Below are positions 57,843 to 64,000 of a DNA stretch of 64,000 bases, in pieces. Location: NCBI GenBank assembly GCA_965218295.1, contig CBDCKN010000002.1, forward strand, positions 30,890 through 94,889, given 5' to 3'. The first letter of the stretch is position 1. Every line of letters starts with the position of its first letter. The position numbers were made by a program, and so were the translations under genes. The DNA comes from Longimicrobiales bacterium. Its GTDB lineage: Bacteria; Gemmatimonadota; Gemmatimonadetes; Longimicrobiales; Gaopeijiaceae. The notes under the pieces were generated by a model. It worked only from the letters and a program-made list of their open reading frames with translations, did no database searches and had not been told where the DNA came from.

Positions 57843-60449
57843 TTATTCGTACCCCGCGCCTCCTTGGTGAAATACACGCAGGGCGTGGGCGACCTCGCTC
57901 CACGGCCCCTTTGCCAGCGGTGCCGGGGGAAGAGAGTCCCTGAGGTACATCCCGTAACGCTTTCGCAGGATGCGGTCGTCCAGGATCACCACGCTGCCCC
58001 GGTCGTCGTGGGAGCGCACCAGGCGTCCGAACCCCTGCTTCAGCCGGAGCGCGGCCAGGGGCAAGGCGAAGTCCCAGAAGGCGTTGCCTCCCCGCTTCTC
58101 GATCGCCTCGACCCGGGCGGCCGTGATCGGCTCCGTGGGCACCCGGAAGGGGAGCCGCTGGATGACAAGGCCCCGCAACGGCCGCCCCGGTACGTCCACA
58201 CCCTCCCAGAACGAAGCCGTCCCCAGCAGAATCCCCGACCCGGAGGCCACGAAGCGCTCGAGGAGCCGCGCCCGCCCATCCTCCCCTTGCACGAAAAGCG
58301 GCCATGGCAAGCCACCGTCCGCGCGCAGCAGCTCGGCCACCCGCCGGAGGGCTCGGTGTGACGTGAAGAGAACGAACAGGCCTCCGTCGGAGATGCCCGC
58401 CATCTCACCCACGATGCAAGCGGTAGCCTCCTGGAGTGCATCCCCGGGAGAATTCACATCGGGGAGGTCCGTGGGCACCGCCAGGATAGTTTGATTCTTG
58501 AAATCAAAGGGAGAAACGATTATAGACTCTATGATCTCATGTATCACATCAGATCCCTCCAACTCCTCTGGACTCAGCCCGACCCGGCTGCGGAGGAAGC
58601 TGAAGGAGTTCCTGGTGGCAAGCGTAGCCGACGAGAGGACCACGGTATCGATCTTCTCGAACAGGCCTTCCCGGAGCAGGCCGCCCAACTCGATGGGAGC
58701 CGATGCCATGACCAGATTCCGCCTCCCCTTGCGCGGTCGGCCCCTCCATTCCAGCCACCGGACGACCCGATCCTCCCCTTCCTCGGGATCCAGAACGGTT
58801 CGGACGGCGCGAACGGACCCGTCGAGTCGACGCTCCACGCTCTGAAGATCCAGGACCCGTCCTTCGAGACTTTCGGACAAGGTCTCATCGCGCTCGAGGC
58901 TCTCCTTTATCCGCCGTACCTCCGCCTCGAGATCCCGGAACGCCGCTACCAGCCCGTCCAGCCGCTCCCGGACGGCGGGTCGCGCCACCGGTTCCGGGAA
59001 GTCGGCGGTCCCGATTCGCTTTGCACCCACGGCGTCCGCCGGCAGGAGCGGCTCCATGGCATCCAGGAACAGTGTGAGCTGGGCCCTGGCCTCGTCCACG
59101 GCCGGACGCACCCGCTCTTCGATCCGGCTCCGCAGCTCCGTGGCGGCCGTCCGACCACTCCCTCCCCCTAGCGCCTCCTGAACCGCGGCCAGGACGCCCC
59201 GCCCCCTCCGGTCCAGACGGGCCAGGAGCCGGAACATCCCGAGGCGGGTAGCCTCTAGCCCCAGATGCGACGTGGCAGCGTTTTCCATGTTGTGTGCCTC
59301 GTCGAGAATCAGGTGCCGGTAGGCCGGCAGTACCGCCGACCCCGAATAGTTTCGCGTGGCCATTCGAACGGACAGATCCGTAAAGAGCAGGTGGTGGTTC
59401 GCCACCAGAAGGCGGGCGGCGGCGGCCTTCCGCCGCGAACGCTGGTAGAAGCAGGCCTGAAAGTGCGGGCAGCGGGTCCTCAGGCAGATATCTGTATCAC
59501 TCCTCACCTCGTCCCAGACGTCGTCACTGGGCACGAATGTCAGGTCGGCAAGAGAGCCGTCGTCGGTGCCGTCGATCCAATCCAGGAGACCGTCGAGCTC
59601 ATCCGTCCGATCGTCCTCGAACAGGAGGGGTGCCGTTTCGGCGGCCAGTCGCGCCCGGCGGATGGAGATGTAGTTGCCGCGCCCCTTCACCAGAGCCCAG
59701 TCCACGTCGTCGCCCACCAGGCTGCGGACCAGCGGCAGATCCTTGCTGTCGAGCTGCTCCTGCAGATTGATGGTGTTGGTGGAGATGACCGTCCGCTCAC
59801 CGTTCTGCAGCGCCCACGCCGCCGCCGGCACCAGGTACGCCAGTGACTTGCCGGTTCCCGTTCCGGCCTCGACGATGGCGATTCCGCCTTCGTTGAAACG
59901 CTCCGCCACCAGCCGGAGCATGGCGCGTTGCCCGGGCCGGTCCTCGTAGCGCGGATGCCTCTCGGCCAGGGGCCCCGCTGGGCCGATCAACCCCTCGAGT
60001 GCCTCCACGTCCAACGGCTCGACATGTCGCGGGGAGGGAGGCTCCACCACCACGTAAAGGCTATCGGCGGAGTTGTCGGTGATGGCGGACCCGAGTCCCT
60101 CCTCGTAGAGCTGCGCGGCGACGCCCAGATCGGCATCCGAGGGCTCCAACACACCCGAGGGGTGGTTGTGAATCATGACCCCTCCCTCCTCCGCTCCACG
60201 AGCCGCTACCAGGACCGCAGCCTTGTTCCCCCGGGCGACAGCCCGAGGCTCGATCAGCTCCCGAGCGTCACTGACCTGGGCGAGGAAGCACACTTCGCGA
60301 CCGCCCGCCTTCTGGATCTCCCGCCGGATGGCCTCGGCGGCATCAGGTGACAGTCGTAGGTCGGAGGTCGAGCCGGGCGGCTCGGGAAGGCCGGGGCCGT
60401 TCGTCACCCCGTCGGTGGCGGCCTCGGAGAGGTCCTGATCGGGATTCAC
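57843..60449 (-). CDS. DinG/YoaA-family Fe-S helicase with N-terminal JAB/MPN (RadC-like) domain
   Basis: E...HNHPSG..PSDAD at the N-terminus; EAGTGTGKS, DEAH, LSSATL, WEGVDVPG, QGFGRLVR. Confidence 0.9.
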   Translation of the reverse strand: MNPDQDLSEAATDGVTNGPGLPEPPGSTSDLRLSPDAAEAIRREIQKAGGREVCFLAQVSDARELIEPRAVARGNKAAVLVAARGAEEGGVMIHNHPSGVLEPSDADLGVAAQLYEEGLGSAITDNSADSLYVVVEPPSPRHVEPLDVEALEGLIGPAGPLAERHPRYEDRPGQRAMLRLVAERFNEGGIAIVEAGTGTGKSLAYLVPAAAWALQNGERTVISTNTINLQEQLDSKDLPLVRSLVGDDVDWALVKGRGNYISIRRARLAAETAPLLFEDDRTDELDGLLDWIDGTDDGSLADLTFVPSDDVWDEVRSDTDICLRTRCPHFQACFYQRSRRKAAAARLLVANHHLLFTDLSVRMATRNYSGSAVLPAYRHLILDEAHNMENAATSHLGLEATRLGMFRLLARLDRRGRGVLAAVQEALGGGSGRTAATELRSRIEERVRPAVDEARAQLTLFLDAMEPLLPADAVGAKRIGTADFPEPVARPAVRERLDGLVAAFRDLEAEVRRIKESLERDETLSESLEGRVLDLQSVERRLDGSVRAVRTVLDPEEGEDRVVRWLEWRGRPRKGRRNLVMASAPIELGGLLREGLFEKIDTVVLSSATLATRNSFSFLRSRVGLSPEELEGSDVIHEIIESIIVSPFDFKNQTILAVPTDLPDVNSPGDALQEATACIVGEMAGISDGGLFVLFTSHRALRRVAELLRADGGLPWPLFVQGEDGRARLLERFVASGSGILLGTASFWEGVDVPGRPLRGLVIQRLPFRVPTEPITAARVEAIEKRGGNAFWDFALPLAALRLKQGFGRLVRSHDDRGSVVILDDRILRKRYGMYLRDSLPPAPLAKGPWSEVAHALRVFHQGGAGYE

Positions 60450-60460
60450 AGGGGCGGTCC

Positions 60461-61714
60461 TCAGGTCTTGAGCTTCTTCTTCTTGGCCGCCGGAAAGAGA
60501 ACGTTGTTCAGGATGAGCCGATACGCCGGTGAGTTAGGGTGGAGGTCCAGGTCGGTGGGCGGATCTCCGATCTGGTGCTCAGGATCCTCCGGATCATGTC
60601 CCCCGAAGTAGGTCCAGGTGCCTTCTCCGTAGTTGCCGTGGAGGTACTTGGCGATGTTGCCCTCCCTGGCGAGGACGATGGTCCCGGGCTTCAGGCGATC
60701 GATGCGGAACGACGTGGTGAGGCCGTAGAAGTCCGGGATGACATCCTCGTGATTTTGCGTGAGCATAGCGGGCACGGGATCGAACTTGGCGGAGAAGTCG
60801 AAGAGGGAGAACGCCCCCAGCGCCAGGCGCCAAGGCGTGTTGACCTGATGCCCGTCGATGTCGCTGAAAGCATTCACCGACAGTCCCACCTGAACTACCA
60901 CGTCGCTAAAGGCCATGGTTGCGGACCAGTCCATCTTCCGCGTGGCGTCGGGGTCTGCGGGCGAGCCGTCGGAGTACGCGGCCGCAATGTCCACGTGTTC
61001 CGCACCCAGGGCCAGCTCGAGAGTCTCGGTCGCAGAGCACATGGCGAAGAGGAATCCGCCATCCTCCACGTACTGTCGGATCTCCAGTGCGACACCCTTC
61101 TTGAGAGCCGGCACGGTAGCGAAGCCGGTTCGCCGCGCCGCCTCCTCGTTTCTCGCCACCTCCTCCTGGAGCCAGGGCGATCCGGCGTAGGTGATGAAGA
61201 ACTTGGAATACTGACCCGTGAAGTCCTCGTGGTGGAGGTGCAGCCACTCGTAATCCTCGAGTCCCCCTTCGATGACGTTGTCGTCCCAGACCTTCTCGTA
61301 AGGGATCTCGGCGTACTCGAGAGCCATGGTCACGGCGTCGTCCCAGGGCGTGCTGTTGGGCGGGGTGTAGATGGCCACCCTGGGTGCCTTCTCCAGGACC
61401 ACCGACTCCATGTTCGAGTCCGTGATCACGGCGCGGATGGCCGCCACGTCGGCGCCTCCCACCGGCTCGATCGAGACGCCACGCAGGACCGCCTGTCGAC
61501 GGATGCCGGGCATGTCGGGGAGCAGGAAGGATCCGTCGCGGTAGTTGAGGAACCACTCGGATCGCCCGTACTGCTCGAGAGTCCAGTACGTGAGGCCGTA
61601 GGCCTTCAGGTGATTCACCTGAGTCCGGTCCATGGGCACGAGGAGGAACTGACCGCAGGCCGGAAGCGGGACGCCGACCAGAGCCAGGACCGAGAGCCAT
61701 CGCAAAAGCCTCAC
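60461..61714 (-). CDS. conserved secreted protein with a GATase-like fold (family often labelled asparagine synthetase B)
   Basis: Signal peptide; HLKAYG, WDDAV, HLHHEDFTGQY, GGFLFAMCSAT, GGHDPED. Confidence 0.7.
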   Translation of the reverse strand: MRLLRWLSVLALVGVPLPACGQFLLVPMDRTQVNHLKAYGLTYWTLEQYGRSEWFLNYRDGSFLLPDMPGIRRQAVLRGVSIEPVGGADVAAIRAVITDSNMESVVLEKAPRVAIYTPPNSTPWDDAVTMALEYAEIPYEKVWDDNVIEGGLEDYEWLHLHHEDFTGQYSKFFITYAGSPWLQEEVARNEEAARRTGFATVPALKKGVALEIRQYVEDGGFLFAMCSATETLELALGAEHVDIAAAYSDGSPADPDATRKMDWSATMAFSDVVVQVGLSVNAFSDIDGHQVNTPWRLALGAFSLFDFSAKFDPVPAMLTQNHEDVIPDFYGLTTSFRIDRLKPGTIVLAREGNIAKYLHGNYGEGTWTYFGGHDPEDPEHQIGDPPTDLDLHPNSPAYRLILNNVLFPAAKKKKLKT

Positions 61715-63489
61715 GGACCCCGACCGTCCCTCAGCTTCTGCAGCTCCCGGCGGGCCATGGGCACGACCGCGTTCTCGGGCTGGCTCAAAATCAGCGCCTC
61801 GAGGAGCTGGATCGCATCTTCTACCGCCTCCGACGTGGCACCTCTGAAGCGAGCCAGCTCGAGCGTCGCCTCGGGTGCTTCGGCCGCATCCGCGTGATCC
61901 CGGACGATGCGAGCTCTGAGCTCGCCAGCCTGTGTCGTCAGCTCAGCGCTATCCGCGATCCTGGCACCGTGGGCCAAGACCGCCGCTCGATCAGCTTCCG
62001 GAAGGAGGTCCACCACGGCCTCGACCTCGCCGACAGCGGCGGCGGCGCGACCCCGGTGTGCTAGGACGGCGCTGCGCATGACCACGGCCAGCGCCTCTCC
62101 CTGGAGCTCCTCCAGGAGTCCCAGCAACGAGATGACGTCGGTGGCGTCGGTGGGCGGCAGTCCAGGAACCGCTTCCCGTAGGTTGCCACGGCCGGGCACC
62201 ACCTCCCCGGAAGCGAGGTGCAGATATCCCCTTTCCAGCAAGCTCTTGGGTCCGTCCACACCGGCCAGGAGGGATCTGGCCGCCATGCCGTCGCCTTCTT
62301 CCTCCAGTCGCACGGCCAACATCACCGCCAGCTCGTCGACCTCGCGAACCCCCGGGAACTCGAGACGGAAGCGGTCGAGACGCTCGCGGGCCTCCGTGTC
62401 ACCCCGGGCAATCCCGAGGCGAAGGACCTCGGCCAGGGCACGTCGCCGCTCGACGCTTCCCGCTGGAAGGCCCCCGGCGATGGACCGCTGCGCCTCGAGA
62501 GCGGTGGCCGTGTCACCTACGGCCAAAGCCGCGTTGGCGATCCGGTGATCCAGCGCTCGCGCCTCGGTCGCGTCGGCCGCGTAATCCTGCAAGGCCTTGT
62601 ACGCCCATAGGGCCAACTCGGTCGCCCCGCCATCTTTGGCCTGACGGGCCAGGGCGGTGAGGAAGCCGCGGCGAGCCTGTCCTTCGAGATCTCCGACCAC
62701 CTGCGTAGCCAACTCGCGCGCTTCGTCCGCCAGGCCCGCCTCCACGGCGATGCGAGCCCCGACCCGCAGACGAGCCACCGTCGTGGGCGGGCGGGCCAGC
62801 TGCTCCACCAGGGGTCTAACGAGCTCCGCCCGATCCCCCTCCATTTCGGTGACTCTGCGCATGACCGCCCATACCTGTGTCCCGTCGTCGCCAATGACTC
62901 GAGCCCACTCGAGAACGGCGTCTTCCATCCTCCCAAGGTCCCGAAGGAAGTCGCCGAACTCCATGGCGAAAAGGGACGGCTGGCCGAGAGCGTCCCGGCC
63001 GTCTTTCAGCACGGCGAGAGCTCGTTCGGGCCCGAAAACACGCTGGAAGATCCTGCTGATCTCCCGATACGGCTCCGGTGACGACCCGGACCGCTCTACC
63101 CATTCCTCGGCCGCGCCCACCAGCTCGTCCGTGGCGTCCAGCTCCGTGAAGACCCTGAGCATGAGAATCCTGGGGGCGGCCGCATCCGGCTCCGAGTCCT
63201 CGTATCGCCGGGCCACGGGAAGAATTTCCTCGATGCGACTCTGGGAGCGGAGCACGCGCTCGAGCGCGAACAGCCCCCCGGTGGAGGTGGGCCTCTGCTC
63301 CATGAGGTCCTTCAGGATTCGCTCCGCCCCTCCGAGGTCCCCCTGGGACTCCTGGCTCGCGGCGGAGCGAAGCAGACGACCCTCCAGCAGCGGATCTTCG
63401 GTCTGCGCGCGTAGGATGGCAGGAGCGAGGGCGGTCAGCGATAGAAGAACCGCTACCGATCGCAGCGCCCCGCTCCCCTGGGGTCTCAC
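61711..63489 (-). CDS. secreted TPR-repeat protein
   Basis: Signal peptide and helical Ala/Leu/Glu/Arg-rich repeats. Confidence 0.75.
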   Translation of the reverse strand: MRPQGSGALRSVAVLLSLTALAPAILRAQTEDPLLEGRLLRSAASQESQGDLGGAERILKDLMEQRPTSTGGLFALERVLRSQSRIEEILPVARRYEDSEPDAAAPRILMLRVFTELDATDELVGAAEEWVERSGSSPEPYREISRIFQRVFGPERALAVLKDGRDALGQPSLFAMEFGDFLRDLGRMEDAVLEWARVIGDDGTQVWAVMRRVTEMEGDRAELVRPLVEQLARPPTTVARLRVGARIAVEAGLADEARELATQVVGDLEGQARRGFLTALARQAKDGGATELALWAYKALQDYAADATEARALDHRIANAALAVGDTATALEAQRSIAGGLPAGSVERRRALAEVLRLGIARGDTEARERLDRFRLEFPGVREVDELAVMLAVRLEEEGDGMAARSLLAGVDGPKSLLERGYLHLASGEVVPGRGNLREAVPGLPPTDATDVISLLGLLEELQGEALAVVMRSAVLAHRGRAAAAVGEVEAVVDLLPEADRAAVLAHGARIADSAELTTQAGELRARIVRDHADAAEAPEATLELARFRGATSEAVEDAIQLLEALILSQPENAVVPMARRELQKLRDGRGP

Positions 63490-64000
63490 CGGCTCCCTCC
63501 CGGTGACCGGCGCTCCGCCCTGTTCAGCCGCTCGAAGTAGTCCAGCACCATCTGCCTCTGCGCCGGAGACAGCCGGCGCAGCGTCTCGGCCGGAGGAAGC
63601 TGGAAGCGGAGCGCACCCAGATCCTCGGCCGAGAGGGCATTCACGTCCTCCCGCTCGAACTCACCGGGCGCCGCCGACTCCCGCTCATCGGAGAACTCGT
63701 CCTTCTCCAGACTGCGCCCGGCGTCCAAGAGCCGGTGGAACAGCTGCTCCTGGCGCCGAAGTGTCTCGGCATCCAACCGGTTACCGGCCAGGCGGTCGGC
63801 CAGCTCCATGGCCTCCAGGGCCATCGCCTCCAGGTCGCCGAGAGACTGGTCCGGGCCGCCCCGCTTCTGCGAGATCTCTTCCAGCTCCTCGGCCACGTCC
63901 TGCTGTCGCTCCGCCACCTCCTGGAGCTGCTGGGCCATGGCCTGCTCACCGAGCCGCATGGGCGTCAGCTGTCCGGTCTGGCTGTTGATGGAGCCCTGTT
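63486..64000 (-). CDS. C-terminus of a DUF4175-like coiled-coil protein (5' end outside window)
   Basis: RQEQLFHRLLDAGRSLE...VLDYFERLN. Confidence 0.65.
   Translation of the reverse strand, partial: QGSINSQTGQLTPMRLGEQAMAQQLQEVAERQQDVAEELEEISQKRGGPDQSLGDLEAMALEAMELADRLAGNRLDAETLRRQEQLFHRLLDAGRSLEKDEFSDERESAAPGEFEREDVNALSAEDLGALRFQLPPAETLRRLSPAQRQMVLDYFERLNRAERRSPGGSR

Noticed and set aside
7005..63988. Long antisense or alternate-frame ORFs (e.g. 7005-8366, 18624-20021, 36489-37898, 41661-43124, 60539-61897, 62657-63988)
   Set aside because: Shadow ORFs of real genes in high-GC DNA, with no recognisable motifs.

Overview
High-GC bacterial chromosome window. Gene set and protein style suggest Gemmatimonadota (inference only). 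The housekeeping backbone holds upp, pcm, rluB-scpB-scpA, rpsT, pyrR-pyrB-pyrC, tadA, a lexA-like gene, gltX, ispG, two tenA genes, purH-purN, erpA, gmhB, selA, valS, a dapL-like gene and a JAB-DinG fusion. Three kinds of accessory DNA interrupt it: (i) a left segment downstream of tRNA-Ile(CAT) with nested IS256 elements and a broken Ig-like/glycine-rich surface protein; (ii) two opposed copies of one IS256 element at a spermidine-synthase-like membrane methyltransferase locus; (iii) a ~13.5 kb decaying mosaic (about 30.0-43.6 kb) ending at tRNA-Ser(TGA), with an IS110 fragment, a second IS256 element, a tyrosine-integrase remnant and an eroded CoA-transferase/ApgM/acyl-CoA dehydrogenase/CocE/nucleotidyltransferase operon. 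Main observations the ORF track does not explain: a family of TAGTG...CACTA hairpin elements whose terminal stems covary between copies, a LexA paralog lacking its autocleavage residues, a structured non-coding region upstream of the IS110 transposase, a 4x23-aa repeat miniprotein, and several phased intergenic direct repeats.
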